A stretch of DNA of 64,000 bases from Escherichia coli (GTDB lineage Bacteria; Pseudomonadota; Gammaproteobacteria; Enterobacterales; Enterobacteriaceae). Shown piece by piece: positions 11,167 through 21,939 of this stretch (position 1 is its first letter; the number at the start of each line of letters is the position of its first letter). Position numbers and translations under genes: made by a program. The notes under the pieces are model-generated. The model worked only from the letters and a program-made list of their open reading frames with translations. It was not told where the DNA came from and searched no databases. Where the stretch lies: assembly GCF_003334305.1 (NCBI RefSeq), contig NZ_QOWS01000002.1. One strand, written 5' to 3'.

Positions 11167-11308
11167 GTCACACCTTATTTACATCCCCATAGATTATTTG
11201 CGTCAGCTCACAAATACGCTTTTTCCCTGGTAAAAAATGATTTCCTGCGTGACTAAAACCCTTGTGCTCAATTGACAGTTTATTTTCTGCGGAGTAGTCT
11301 CTCGTTTC

Positions 11309-11324
11309 ATGGGACCGCTACCAC
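11309..11324 (+). promoter_or_regulatory. candidate YcjW (LacI-family) operator, copy 1, 12 bp upstream of the ycjM ATG
   Basis: ATGGGACCGCTACCAC; an identical 16-mer recurs at 21236-21251. Imperfect dyad TGGGAC-CG-CTACCA with the central CG typical of LacI/GalR-family operators. Confidence 0.5.
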
Positions 11325-11335
11325 GGAAAGGCAAC

Positions 11336-13015
11336 ATGAAACAGAAAATTACGGATTACCTGGACGAAATCTACGGTGGAACATTTACCGCAACTCATTT
11401 ACAGAAACTTGTAACGCGTCTTGAGAGTGCGAAACGATTAATTACACAGCGACGTAAAAAACACTGGGATGAAAGTGATGTCGTGTTAATTACCTATGCC
11501 GATCAATTTCACAGCAATGATTTAAAACCATTACCCACATTTAATCAGTTTTACCATCAATGGCTGCAAAGCATTTTTTCACATGTTCATTTGTTGCCGT
11601 TTTATCCATGGTCATCTGATGATGGCTTTTCGGTAATTGATTATCATCAGGTCGCCAGTGAAGCGGGGGAGTGGCAGGATATTCAGCAACTCGGTGAATG
11701 CAGTCATTTAATGTTTGATTTTGTCTGCAACCATATGTCGGCAAAAAGTGAATGGTTTAAAAACTATTTACAACAGCATCCAGGTTTTGAAGATTTTTTT
11801 ATTGCCGTTGACCCGCAAACCGATCTCAGCGCCGTCACTCGCCCGCGTGCGTTACCGTTATTAACGCCATTCCAGATGCGCGATCATTCAACGCGCCATT
11901 TATGGACCACCTTTAGTGACGATCAAATTGACCTGAATTACCGTAGCCCTGAAGTGTTGCTGGCGATGGTGGATGTTTTACTCTGTTACCTTGCGAAAGG
12001 TGCTGAGTATGTCCGCCTGGATGCCGTTGGCTTTATGTGGAAAGAGCCGGGAACAAGCTGCATCCATCTGGAAAAAACACATCTGATTATCAAACTGTTA
12101 CGGTCGATTATTGATAACGTTGCGCCAGGTACAGTGATCATTACCGAGACCAATGTTCCGCATAAAGACAACATTGCTTACTTTGGCGCAGGCGATGACG
12201 AAGCACATATGGTGTACCAGTTCTCGCTGCCGCCACTGGTGCTGCATGCGGTGCAAAAACAGAACGTTGAGGCGCTTTGTGCGTGGGCGCAAAACCTGAC
12301 ACTACCTTCCAGCAACACCACCTGGTTTAACTTCCTCGCCTCTCACGATGGCATCGGGCTAAACCCGCTACGGGGCTTGTTGCCTGAAAGCGAAATATTA
12401 GAGCTGGTCGAGGCGTTACAGCAGGAAGGTGCATTAGTAAACTGGAAAAATAATCCCGACGGTACACGCAGTCCGTATGAAATAAATGTGACCTATATGG
12501 ATGCGTTAAGCCGCCGTGAGAGTAGCGATGAAGAACGTTGCGCCAGGTTTATTCTCGCCCATGCGATTTTGTTAAGTTTCTCCGGTGTGCCAGCGATATA
12601 TATTCAAAGTATTCTTGGCTCGCGTAATGATTACGCAGGTGTCGAAAAACTCGGATATAACCGTGCGATTAACCGTAAAAAATATCACAGTAAAGAGATA
12701 ACCCGAGAACTGAACGATGAAGCTACATTAAGGCATGCGGTATATCATGAGTTGTCGCGTTTAATTACACTTCGTCGCAGCCATAACGAGTTTCATCCGG
12801 ATAATAATTTTACCATTGATACGATTAATTCATCCGTAATGCGTATTCAAAGAAGTAACGCTGATGGTAATTGTCTGACTGGATTGTTTAATGTCAGTAA
12901 AAATATTCAGCATGTAAATATTACTAATCTGCATGGTCGGGATCTGATTAGTGAAGTTGATATATTGGGTAATGAAATAACGCTGCGCCCCTGGCAGGTT
13001 ATGTGGATTAAATAA
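11336..13015 (+). CDS. ycjM: GH13-family sucrose-phosphorylase-like enzyme (glucosylglycerate phosphorylase)
   Basis: Track ORF 11309..13015 trimmed to ATG 11336 (MKQKITDYLDEIYGG...) giving 559 aa. Confidence 0.88.
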   Translation: MKQKITDYLDEIYGGTFTATHLQKLVTRLESAKRLITQRRKKHWDESDVVLITYADQFHSNDLKPLPTFNQFYHQWLQSIFSHVHLLPFYPWSSDDGFSVIDYHQVASEAGEWQDIQQLGECSHLMFDFVCNHMSAKSEWFKNYLQQHPGFEDFFIAVDPQTDLSAVTRPRALPLLTPFQMRDHSTRHLWTTFSDDQIDLNYRSPEVLLAMVDVLLCYLAKGAEYVRLDAVGFMWKEPGTSCIHLEKTHLIIKLLRSIIDNVAPGTVIITETNVPHKDNIAYFGAGDDEAHMVYQFSLPPLVLHAVQKQNVEALCAWAQNLTLPSSNTTWFNFLASHDGIGLNPLRGLLPESEILELVEALQQEGALVNWKNNPDGTRSPYEINVTYMDALSRRESSDEERCARFILAHAILLSFSGVPAIYIQSILGSRNDYAGVEKLGYNRAINRKKYHSKEITRELNDEATLRHAVYHELSRLITLRRSHNEFHPDNNFTIDTINSSVMRIQRSNADGNCLTGLFNVSKNIQHVNITNLHGRDLISEVDILGNEITLRPWQVMWIK

Positions 13016-13028
13016 AAAGGAACATCTC

Positions 13029-14321
13029 ATGATTAAATCAAAAATCGTGCTGTTATCAGCACTGGTTTCCTGCGCCCTGATTTCAGGCTGTAAAGAAGAA
13101 AATAAAACGAATGTATCCATCGAATTTATGCATTCTTCGGTGGAGCAGGAGCGCCAGGCCGTTATCAGTAAATTGATTGCCCGTTTTGAAAAAGAAAACC
13201 CTGGCATCACCGTTAAGCAAGTGCCCGTGGAAGAAGATGCCTATAACACTAAAGTCATTACTCTTTCACGTAGCGGTTCGCTGCCGGAAGTGATCGAAAC
13301 CAGCCATGACTACGCCAAAGTGATGGACAAAGAGCAGCTTATCGATCGCAAAGCGGTTGCCACAGTCATCAGCAACGTTGGTGAAGGCGCGTTTTACGAT
13401 GGCGTACTGCGTATTGTGCGTACCGAAGATGGTAGCGCATGGACCGGTGTTCCTGTCAGCGCCTGGATTGGCGGTATCTGGTATCGCAAAGATGTGCTGG
13501 CAAAAGCGGGGCTTGAGGAGCCGAAAAACTGGCAACAGCTGCTGGACGTTGCACAGAAACTGAATGACCCGGCGAATAAAAAATACGGCATTGCGCTGCC
13601 TACAGCAGAAAGCGTGTTGACGGAACAATCCTTCTCCCAGTTTGCGTTATCCAACCAGGCTAACGTCTTTAACGCCGAAGGCAAAATCACCCTTGATACA
13701 CCAGAGATGATGCAGGCACTGACCTATTACCGCGACCTTGCTGCCAACACTATGCCGGGTTCTAACGACATCATGGAAGTGAAAGACGCCTTTATGAACG
13801 GCACCGCGCCGATGGCGATTTACTCCACCTATATCCTTCCGGCTGTGATTAAAGAAGGCGACCCGAAAAACGTCGGTTTCGTGGTGCCAACCGAGAAAAA
13901 CTCTGCGGTCTACGGCATGTTGACCTCGCTGACCATTACCGCCGGGCAAAAGACCGAAGAGACGGAAGCAGCAGAAAAATTTGTCACCTTTATGGAGCAG
14001 GCAGACAACATTGCCGACTGGGTGATGATGTCGCCAGGTGCTGCGCTGCCGGTGAATAAAGCGGTTGTCACTACCGCCACCTGGAAAGACAACGACGTTA
14101 TTAAGGCGCTGGGTGAACTACCGAATCAGCTAATCGGTGAACTGCCAAATATTCAGGTCTTTGGTGCAGTAGGGGATAAAAACTTTACCCGCATGGGTGA
14201 TGTGACGGGGTCTGGAGTGGTGAGCTCCATGGTGCATAACGTCACCGTGGGTAAAGCCGATCTCCCTGGCACGCTGCAAGCGAGCCAGAAAAAGCTGGAT
14301 GAACTGATCGAACAGCACTAA
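13029..14321 (+). CDS. ycjN: ABC transporter periplasmic sugar-binding protein
   Basis: 430-aa ORF with lipoprotein-type signal peptide (LVSCALISGC). Confidence 0.88.
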   Translation: MIKSKIVLLSALVSCALISGCKEENKTNVSIEFMHSSVEQERQAVISKLIARFEKENPGITVKQVPVEEDAYNTKVITLSRSGSLPEVIETSHDYAKVMDKEQLIDRKAVATVISNVGEGAFYDGVLRIVRTEDGSAWTGVPVSAWIGGIWYRKDVLAKAGLEEPKNWQQLLDVAQKLNDPANKKYGIALPTAESVLTEQSFSQFALSNQANVFNAEGKITLDTPEMMQALTYYRDLAANTMPGSNDIMEVKDAFMNGTAPMAIYSTYILPAVIKEGDPKNVGFVVPTEKNSAVYGMLTSLTITAGQKTEETEAAEKFVTFMEQADNIADWVMMSPGAALPVNKAVVTTATWKDNDVIKALGELPNQLIGELPNIQVFGAVGDKNFTRMGDVTGSGVVSSMVHNVTVGKADLPGTLQASQKKLDELIEQH

Positions 14322-14341
14322 ACCCAGGACAGGAATCCGCA

Positions 14342-15223
14342 ATGAACAGGCTTTTTTCAGGTCGTTCCGATATGCCCTTTGCGCTGCTGCTTCTCGCGCC
14401 CAGCTTATTACTGCTGGGTGGTCTGGTGGCCTGGCCAATGGTGTCGAATATCGAAATCAGTTTTTTACGTCTGCCGCTCAATCCCAACATCGAGTCAACC
14501 TTTGTTGGGGTGAGTAACTATGTGCGTATCCTCTCCGATCCCGGCTTCTGGCACTCGCTGTGGATGACGGTCTGGTATACCGCGCTGGTGGTGGCGGGCA
14601 GCACCGTGCTCGGGCTGGCAGTGGCGATGTTTTTCAACCGCGAGTTCCATCTGCGCAAAACCGCGCGTTCGCTGGTGATCCTCTCCTACGTAACGCCGTC
14701 CATTTCGCTGGTGTTTGCCTGGAAATACATGTTCAACAACGGCTACGGCATTGTGAACTACCTCGGCGTCGATCTTCTGCATCTCTATGAGCAGGCACCG
14801 CTGTGGTTCGATAATCCGGGCAGTAGCTTTGTGCTGGTGGTGCTGTTCGCCATCTGGCGCTACTTCCCGTATGCCTTTATCTCGTTTCTGGCGATTTTGC
14901 AGACCATCGACAAATCGCTGTACGAAGCTGCAGAGATGGATGGCGCTAATGCCTGGCAACGGTTTCGTATCGTCACGCTGCCCGCGATTATGCCGGTCCT
15001 GGCGACGGTGGTGACCCTGCGCACCATCTGGATGTTCTACATGTTCGCGGATGTTTATTTGCTGACGACCAAGGTCGATATTCTCGGTGTATATCTCTAC
15101 AAAACCGCCTTTGCCTTTAATGACTTAGGGAAAGCGGCGGCGATCTCGGTGGTGCTCTTCATCATTATTTTCGCTGTCATTCTGCTGACCAGGAAACGGG
15201 TGAACCTCAATGGCAACAAATAA
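14342..15223 (+). CDS. ycjO: ABC transporter permease (MalF-like)
   Basis: 293-aa polytopic membrane protein. Confidence 0.88.
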   Translation: MNRLFSGRSDMPFALLLLAPSLLLLGGLVAWPMVSNIEISFLRLPLNPNIESTFVGVSNYVRILSDPGFWHSLWMTVWYTALVVAGSTVLGLAVAMFFNREFHLRKTARSLVILSYVTPSISLVFAWKYMFNNGYGIVNYLGVDLLHLYEQAPLWFDNPGSSFVLVVLFAIWRYFPYAFISFLAILQTIDKSLYEAAEMDGANAWQRFRIVTLPAIMPVLATVVTLRTIWMFYMFADVYLLTTKVDILGVYLYKTAFAFNDLGKAAAISVVLFIIIFAVILLTRKRVNLNGNK

Positions 15224-16052
15224 ACGCACACTCAGTCGCATCGGTTTTTACTGCGGGCTGGCGCTGTTTCTCATCATCACGCTGTTTCCATTTTTTGTGA
15301 TGCTGATGACCTCGTTCAAGGGCGCGAAAGAGGCGATCTCACTGCATCCTACGCTGCTGCCGCAGCAGTGGACGCTGGAGCATTACGTCGACATTTTTAA
15401 CCCGATGATTTTCCCGTTTGTCGACTACTTCCGTAACAGTCTGGTGGTGTCGGTGGTTTCATCCGTGGTGGCGGTATTCCTCGGCATTCTTGGGGCTTAC
15501 GCGCTTTCCCGCCTGCGCTTTAAAGGTCGGATGACCATCAATGCCAGCTTTTACACGGTGTATATGTTCTCTGGCATTTTGCTGGTGGTGCCGCTGTTCA
15601 AAATCATCACCGCGCTGGGCATTTACGACACCGAGATGGCGCTGATCATCACCATGGTGACGCAAACTCTGCCCACCGCCGTGTTTATGCTGAAAAGCTA
15701 CTTCGACACCATCCCCGATGAGATCGAAGAAGCGGCGATGATGGATGGCCTCAACCGTCTGCAAATTATCTTCCGCATCACCGTGCCGTTGGCGATGTCC
15801 GGGCTGATATCCGTGTTCGTCTACTGCTTTATGGTGGCGTGGAACGACTATCTGTTTGCGTCGATTTTCCTCTCCAGCGCCAGCAATTTCACCTTACCGG
15901 TGGGCCTGAACGCGCTGTTCAGTACGCCAGATTACATCTGGGGACGGATGATGGCGGCCTCACTGGTGACCGCATTGCCGGTGGTGATTATGTATGCGCT
16001 TTCGGAACGTTTTATTAAGAGTGGTTTGACCGCCGGTGGCGTGAAGGGCTAA
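15210..16052 (+). CDS. ycjP: ABC transporter permease (MalG-like)
   Basis: 280-aa polytopic membrane protein; overlaps the ycjO 3' end by 14 nt. Confidence 0.88.
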   Translation: MATNKRTLSRIGFYCGLALFLIITLFPFFVMLMTSFKGAKEAISLHPTLLPQQWTLEHYVDIFNPMIFPFVDYFRNSLVVSVVSSVVAVFLGILGAYALSRLRFKGRMTINASFYTVYMFSGILLVVPLFKIITALGIYDTEMALIITMVTQTLPTAVFMLKSYFDTIPDEIEEAAMMDGLNRLQIIFRITVPLAMSGLISVFVYCFMVAWNDYLFASIFLSSASNFTLPVGLNALFSTPDYIWGRMMAASLVTALPVVIMYALSERFIKSGLTAGGVKG

Positions 16053-16082
16053 AGCGGCCAGTTTCTTTACAAGGAGTTTTAA

Positions 16083-17135
16083 ATGAAAAAGTTAGTAGCC
16101 ACAGCACCGCGTGTTGCTGCGCTGGTTGAGTATGAAGATCGGGCGATTTTAGCCAATGAAGTGAAAATCCGCGTGCGTTTCGGCGCACCGAAACACGGAA
16201 CGGAAGTGGTCGACTTCCGCGCCGCCAGCCCGTTTATCGATGAAGACTTTAACGGTGAATGGCAGATGTTCACTCCGCGTCCGGCAGATGCGCCGCGCGG
16301 CATTGAGTTTGGCAAATTCCAGCTTGGCAACATGGTGGTTGGCGACATTATCGAGTGCGGCAGCGACGTAACCGACTACGCGGTGGGCGACAGCGTATGC
16401 GGCTACGGCCCACTCTCCGAGACGGTCATCATTAACGCGGTGAATAACTACAAGCTGCGCAAAATGCCGCAAGGCAGCTCCTGGAAAAACGCCGTCTGTT
16501 ACGACCCGGCGCAGTTTGCCATGAGCGGCGTGCGCGATGCCAACGTGCGCGTGGGTGATTTTGTGGTGGTGGTAGGGCTTGGCGCGATTGGTCAAATAGC
16601 CATCCAACTGGCGAAACGCGCTGGCGCATCGGTGGTAATTGGCGTCGATCCTATCGCCCATCGCTGTGATATTGCCCGTCGCCACGGTGCGGATTTCTGC
16701 CTTAACCCCATCGGCACTGACGTAGGTAAAGAGATCAAAACGCTGACCGGCAAGCAGGGTGCCGATGTGATTATCGAAACCAGCGGTTACGCCGACGCGC
16801 TGCAATCGGCGCTCCGCGGCCTGGCTTATGGCGGCACCATCTCGTATGTTGCGTTTGCCAAACCGTTTGCCGAAGGTTTTAACCTCGGACGCGAAGCCCA
16901 TTTCAATAACGCCAAAATTGTCTTCTCCCGCGCGTGCAGCGAACCGAACCCGGATTATCCGCGCTGGAGCCGCAAGCGTATCGAAGAAACCTGTTGGGAA
17001 CTGCTGATGAACGGTTATCTCAATTGTGAAGATCTAATCGACCCGGTGGTGACCTTTGCCAATAGCCCGGAAAGCTACATGCAGTATGTCGACCAGCATC
17101 CGGAACAGAGCATCAAAATGGGCGTTACGTTTTAA
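16083..17135 (+). CDS. ycjQ: zinc-dependent alcohol dehydrogenase family sugar dehydrogenase
   Basis: 350-aa ORF with the NAD-binding GLGAIG motif of medium-chain dehydrogenases. Confidence 0.88.
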   Translation: MKKLVATAPRVAALVEYEDRAILANEVKIRVRFGAPKHGTEVVDFRAASPFIDEDFNGEWQMFTPRPADAPRGIEFGKFQLGNMVVGDIIECGSDVTDYAVGDSVCGYGPLSETVIINAVNNYKLRKMPQGSSWKNAVCYDPAQFAMSGVRDANVRVGDFVVVVGLGAIGQIAIQLAKRAGASVVIGVDPIAHRCDIARRHGADFCLNPIGTDVGKEIKTLTGKQGADVIIETSGYADALQSALRGLAYGGTISYVAFAKPFAEGFNLGREAHFNNAKIVFSRACSEPNPDYPRWSRKRIEETCWELLMNGYLNCEDLIDPVVTFANSPESYMQYVDQHPEQSIKMGVTF

Positions 17136-17152
17136 TTCAAAGGAATGAAAAA

Positions 17153-17941
17153 ATGAAAATAGGCACACAGAATCAGGCATTCTTTCCGGAAAACATTCTG
17201 GAGAAATTTCGTTATATCAAAGAGATGGGCTTCGATGGTTTTGAGATTGACGGCAAACTGCTGGTCAACAATCTCGAAGAAGTCAAAGCAGCAATCAAAG
17301 AAACCGGTTTACCGGTGACCACCGCCTGCGGTGGCTATGACGGTTGGATTGGCGACTTTATCGAAGAGCGTCGTCTTAATGGCTTAAAGCAGATCGAACG
17401 CATTCTCGAAGCGCTGGCAGAAGTGGGGGGTAAAGGTATCGTCGTTCCGGCAGCGTGGGGCATGTTTACCTTCCGCTTACCGCCGATGACCTCGCCGCGT
17501 AGCCTGGACGGCGACCGCAAAATGGTGAGTGATTCCCTGCACGTACTGGAACAGGTCGCCGCGCGTACCGGAACCGTGGTGTATCTCGAACCGTTAAACC
17601 GCTATCAGGATCATATGATCAACACCCTCGCCGATGCCCGCCGTTACATCGTCGAAAACGATCTTAAACATGTACAGATTATCGGCGATTTCTATCACAT
17701 GAATATCGAAGAAGATAACCTGGCGCAGGCGCTGCATGACAACCGCGACCTGCTCGGTCATGTGCATATTGCGGATAACCATCGCTACCAGCCGGGCAGC
17801 GGCACCCTGGATTTCCACGCGCTGTTTGAACAGCTGCGCGCGGATAACTATCAGGGCTATGTAGTGTACGAAGGGCGTATCCGGGCGGAAGATCCTGCCC
17901 AGGCGTACCGTGATTCGTTGGCCTGGTTGCGTACCTGCTAA
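17153..17941 (+). CDS. ycjR: sugar phosphate isomerase/epimerase (xylose isomerase-like TIM barrel)
   Basis: 262-aa ORF; position and sequence match ycjR. Confidence 0.85.
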   Translation: MKIGTQNQAFFPENILEKFRYIKEMGFDGFEIDGKLLVNNLEEVKAAIKETGLPVTTACGGYDGWIGDFIEERRLNGLKQIERILEALAEVGGKGIVVPAAWGMFTFRLPPMTSPRSLDGDRKMVSDSLHVLEQVAARTGTVVYLEPLNRYQDHMINTLADARRYIVENDLKHVQIIGDFYHMNIEEDNLAQALHDNRDLLGHVHIADNHRYQPGSGTLDFHALFEQLRADNYQGYVVYEGRIRAEDPAQAYRDSLAWLRTC

Positions 17942-17950
17942 GAGGTCTTT

Positions 17951-19006
17951 GTGAAAAGTGCAATGACAAGCTCTCCGCTGCGGGTCGCGATAATAGGCGC
18001 AGGCCAGGTGGCGGATAAGGTTCATGCTTCGTACTACTGCACCCGCAACGATCTGGAACTGGTGGCTGTCTGTGACAGCCGCCTTTCCCAGGCGCAGGCG
18101 CTGGCAGATAAATACGGGAATGCATCCGTGTGGGACGATCCGCAGGCCATGCTGCTGGCGGTGAAACCTGATGTGGTTAGCGTCTGCTCACCTAACCGTT
18201 TTCATTACGAACATACCCTGATGGCACTGGAAGCGGGCTGCCATGTGATGTGCGAAAAACCGCCCGCCATGACGCCAGAACAGGCGCGGGAAATGTGCGA
18301 TACCGCGCGCAAACTGGGCAAGGTGCTGGCCTACGACTTTCACCATCGTTTTGCGCTCGATACGCAACAGCTGCGTGACCAGGTGACCAACGGCGTTTTG
18401 GGAGAGATTTACGTTACCACCGCCCGCGCCCTGCGTCGCTGCGGCGTTCCTGGCTGGGGCGTCTTTACCAATAAAGAACTGCAGGGTGGTGGCCCGCTGA
18501 TCGACATCGGCATTCATATGCTGGATGCTGCGATGTATGTGCTGGGCTTTCCGGCGGTGAAAAGCGTGAATGCGCATAGCTTTCAAAAGATCGGCACGCA
18601 AAAGAGCTGTGGTCAATTTGGCGAGTGGGATCCGGCAACTTATAGCGTCGAAGATTCGCTGTTTGGCACCATTGAATTTCATAACGGCGGCATTCTGTGG
18701 CTGGAAACGTCATTTGCACTCAACATCCGCGAACAGTCGATTATGAACGTCAGCTTTTGTGGTGATAAAGCCGGTGCGACGCTGTTTCCAGCACATATCT
18801 ACACCGATAACAACGGTGAATTAATGACGCTGATGCAACGGGAACTGGCAGACGACAACCGCCATTTGCGCAGCATGGAAGCCTTTATCAATCACGTACA
18901 GGGCAAGCCCGTGATGATAGCCGACGCCGAGCAGGGGTACATCATCCAGCAACTGGTGGCGGCGTTGTATCAATCCGCAGAAACAGGGACGCGTGTGGAA
19001 TTATGA
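17951..19006 (+). CDS. ycjS: Gfo/Idh/MocA-family NAD-dependent oxidoreductase
   Basis: 351-aa ORF with N-terminal Rossmann signature (VAIIGAGQVA). Confidence 0.88.
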   Translation: MKSAMTSSPLRVAIIGAGQVADKVHASYYCTRNDLELVAVCDSRLSQAQALADKYGNASVWDDPQAMLLAVKPDVVSVCSPNRFHYEHTLMALEAGCHVMCEKPPAMTPEQAREMCDTARKLGKVLAYDFHHRFALDTQQLRDQVTNGVLGEIYVTTARALRRCGVPGWGVFTNKELQGGGPLIDIGIHMLDAAMYVLGFPAVKSVNAHSFQKIGTQKSCGQFGEWDPATYSVEDSLFGTIEFHNGGILWLETSFALNIREQSIMNVSFCGDKAGATLFPAHIYTDNNGELMTLMQRELADDNRHLRSMEAFINHVQGKPVMIADAEQGYIIQQLVAALYQSAETGTRVEL

Positions 19007-21270
19007 CCAGGCCAGTAACGTTATCAGAACCCCATTTCAGCCAGCATACCCTGAACAAGTATGCATCGCTGATGGCGCAGGGGAACGGCTATCTTGGGCT
19101 TCGCGCCAGCCATGAAGAAGATTACACGCGCCAGACGCGAGGGATGTATCTGGCGGGGCTGTATCATCGGGCGGGAAAAGGTGAAATCAACGAACTGGTG
19201 AACCTGCCTGATATCTTGGGGATGGAGATTGCCATAAATGGTGAGGTTTTCTCGTTATCCCGCGAAGCCTGGCAGCGTGAACTTGACTTTGCCAGTGGAG
19301 AATTACGCCGTAGCGTTGTCTGGCGTACCAGCAACGGCACAGGTTACACCATCGCCAGCCGTCGCTTTGTTTCGGCAGACCAACTGCCGCTCATTGTGCT
19401 GGAAATCACTATTACGCCACTGGACGCCGACGCGTCAGTGCTGATTTCAACAGGTATCGACGCCACGCAAACCAACCACGGTCGCCAACATCTCGACGAA
19501 ACCCAGGTGCGGGTGTTTGGTCAGCATCTGATGCAGGGGATCTACACCACCCAGGATGGACGCAGTGATGTGGCCATCAGCTGTTGCTGTATGGTGAGCG
19601 GTGATGTGCAGCAATGCTATACCGCCAAAGAGCGCCGTTTGCAGCAACATACCAGTGCGCAGCTTCATGCAGGCGAGACAGTGACGTTGCAAAAACTGGT
19701 GTGGATCGACTGGCGGGATGACAGGCAAGCCGTTTTAGACGAGTGGGGCAGCGCGTCGCTTCGCCAGCTTGAAATGTGCGCGCAGCAGAGTTACGACCAA
19801 CTTCTTGCAGTATCAACAGAAAACTGGCGTCAATGGTGGCAGAAACGTCGTATCACGGTAAATGGCGGCGAAGCGCACGATCAGCAAGCGTTAGATTATG
19901 CGCTTTATCATCTGCGCATCATGACGCCTGCCCACGACGAGCGCAGCAGCATTGCGGCAAAAGGCTTAACCGGCGAAGGCTACAAAGGCCACGTTTTCTG
20001 GGATACAGAAGTATTTTTGTTACCGTTTCATCTGTTTAGCGATCCGACGGTTGCCCGAAGTTTACTGCGTTATCGCTGGCACAACTTGCCAGGCGCGCAG
20101 GAGAAAGCGCGACGCAACGGCTGGCAGGGCGCGCTATTTCCGTGGGAAAGCGCGCGCAGCGGCGAAGAAGAGACGCCGGAATTTGCCGCCATTAACATTC
20201 GCACCGGGCTGCGGCAAAAAGTGGCCTCGGCGCAGGCGGAACATCATCTGGTGGCCGATATCGCCTGGGCGGTTATTCAATACTGGCAGACCACGGGGGA
20301 TGAAAGTTTCATTGCGCATGAAGGCATGGCGCTACTTCTGGAAACTGCAAAGTTCTGGATTAGCCGCGCGGTGAGGGTTAACGACCGTCTGGAAATTCAT
20401 GATGTTATTGGGCCTGACGAATATACCGAACATGTCAATAATAACGCCTTCACCAGCTATATGGCGTATTACAACGTCCAGCAGGCGCTGAGTATTGCCC
20501 GCCAGTTTGGCTGTAGCGACGACGCGTTTATTCATCGCGCCGAAATGTTCCTCAAAGAACTGTGGCTACCAGAAACTCAGCCCGACGGCGTTTTGCCGCA
20601 GGATGATTCGTTTATGGCGAAACCAGCGATTAATCTGGCGAAATACAAAGCGGCGGCGGGGAAGCAAACCATTTTGCTGGATTATTCACGCGCAGAAGTG
20701 AACGAAATGCAGATCCTCAAGCAGGCAGATGTGGTGATGCTCAATTACATGCTGCCGGAGCAGTTCTCAGCGGCATCGTGTCTCGCCAATCTGCAATTTT
20801 ATGAACCGCGTACCATTCACGACTCGTCATTAAGTAAAGCAATCCACGGCATTGTTGCCGCACGTTGTGGCCTGTTGGCGCAGGGATATCACTTCTGGCG
20901 GGAGGGGACTGAAATCGATCTTGGTGCTGATCCGCATAGTTGTGATGATGGTATCCATGCTGCCGCAACTGGCGCTATCTGGCTGGGGGCGATTCAGGGT
21001 TTTGCCGGGGTGAGCGTGCGTGACGGTGAATTGCATCTCAATCCGGCGTTACCTGAGCAGTGGCAACAGTTGTCTTTCCCTCTGTTCTGGCAGGGCTGCG
21101 AATTACAGGTCACGCTCGACGCGCAGCGTATTGCGATTCGAACTTCTGCGCCCGTTTCACTGCGTTTGAACGGTCAGCTTATATCCGTGGCTGAAGAATC
21201 TGTTTTCTGTTTGGGTGATTTTATTTTGCCCTTCAATGGGACCGCTACCACACATCAGGAGGATGAATGA
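19003..21270 (+). CDS. ycjT: GH65-family glycoside phosphorylase (kojibiose phosphorylase)
   Basis: 755-aa ORF; start overlaps the ycjS stop (ATGA). Confidence 0.88.
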   Translation: MTRPVTLSEPHFSQHTLNKYASLMAQGNGYLGLRASHEEDYTRQTRGMYLAGLYHRAGKGEINELVNLPDILGMEIAINGEVFSLSREAWQRELDFASGELRRSVVWRTSNGTGYTIASRRFVSADQLPLIVLEITITPLDADASVLISTGIDATQTNHGRQHLDETQVRVFGQHLMQGIYTTQDGRSDVAISCCCMVSGDVQQCYTAKERRLQQHTSAQLHAGETVTLQKLVWIDWRDDRQAVLDEWGSASLRQLEMCAQQSYDQLLAVSTENWRQWWQKRRITVNGGEAHDQQALDYALYHLRIMTPAHDERSSIAAKGLTGEGYKGHVFWDTEVFLLPFHLFSDPTVARSLLRYRWHNLPGAQEKARRNGWQGALFPWESARSGEEETPEFAAINIRTGLRQKVASAQAEHHLVADIAWAVIQYWQTTGDESFIAHEGMALLLETAKFWISRAVRVNDRLEIHDVIGPDEYTEHVNNNAFTSYMAYYNVQQALSIARQFGCSDDAFIHRAEMFLKELWLPETQPDGVLPQDDSFMAKPAINLAKYKAAAGKQTILLDYSRAEVNEMQILKQADVVMLNYMLPEQFSAASCLANLQFYEPRTIHDSSLSKAIHGIVAARCGLLAQGYHFWREGTEIDLGADPHSCDDGIHAAATGAIWLGAIQGFAGVSVRDGELHLNPALPEQWQQLSFPLFWQGCELQVTLDAQRIAIRTSAPVSLRLNGQLISVAEESVFCLGDFILPFNGTATTHQEDE
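21236..21251 (+). promoter_or_regulatory. candidate YcjW operator, copy 2, inside the 3' end of ycjT and 15 bp upstream of the ycjU ATG
   Basis: Exact second copy of ATGGGACCGCTACCAC (see 11309-11324). Confidence 0.5.
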
Positions 21271-21926
21271 AACTGCAAGGGGTAATTTTCGATCTGGATG
21301 GTGTAATCACCGATACCGCGCATCTGCATTTCCAGGCGTGGCAGCAGATTGCCGCTGAAATTGGCATCAGCATTGATGCGCAGTTTAACGAATCCCTAAA
21401 AGGGATCAGCCGCGATGAGTCTCTGCGGCGCATTCTGCAACACGGGGGCAAAGAGGGCGACTTTAACTCGCAGGAGAGGGCGCAACTGGCGTATCGCAAA
21501 AATCTGCTCTATGTCCACTCACTGCGCGAGTTGACGGTCAACGCTGTTCTACCCGGCATTCGCTCTTTGCTGGCAGCTCTCCGTGCACAGCAGATCCCGG
21601 TTGGGCTGGCTTCTGTCTCCCTGAATGCGCCGACGATTTTAGCGGCGCTGGAGCTGCGCGAGTTTTTCACCTTCTACGCGGATGCTTCCCAACTTAAAAA
21701 CTCGAAACCGGACCCGGAAATCTTTCTCGCCGCCTGTGCAGGGCTGGGCGTGCCGCCGCAGGCATGTATCGGCATTGAAGATGCGCAGGCGGGCATTGAC
21801 GCCATTAACGCCAGCGGTATGCGCTCGGTGGGGATCGGCGCGGGCTTAACCGGGGCGCAATTACTGTTGCCTTCAACGGAATCACTCACCTGGCCGCGGT
21901 TATCGGCCTTCTGGCAAAACGTATAG
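21267..21926 (+). CDS. ycjU: beta-phosphoglucomutase (HAD superfamily)
   Basis: 219-aa ORF with the HAD motif I ([12 protein letters not shown]). Confidence 0.9.
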   Translation: MKLQGVIFDLDGVITDTAHLHFQAWQQIAAEIGISIDAQFNESLKGISRDESLRRILQHGGKEGDFNSQERAQLAYRKNLLYVHSLRELTVNAVLPGIRSLLAALRAQQIPVGLASVSLNAPTILAALELREFFTFYADASQLKNSKPDPEIFLAACAGLGVPPQACIGIEDAQAGIDAINASGMRSVGIGAGLTGAQLLLPSTESLTWPRLSAFWQNV

Positions 21927-21939
21927 CAAAGGAATCAAC

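Noticed and set aside
16149-16901. 250-aa reverse-strand ORF overlapping ycjQ
   Set aside because: Entirely antisense to the dehydrogenase gene, with an Ala/Arg-rich composition and no recognisable domain; an open reverse frame rather than a gene.
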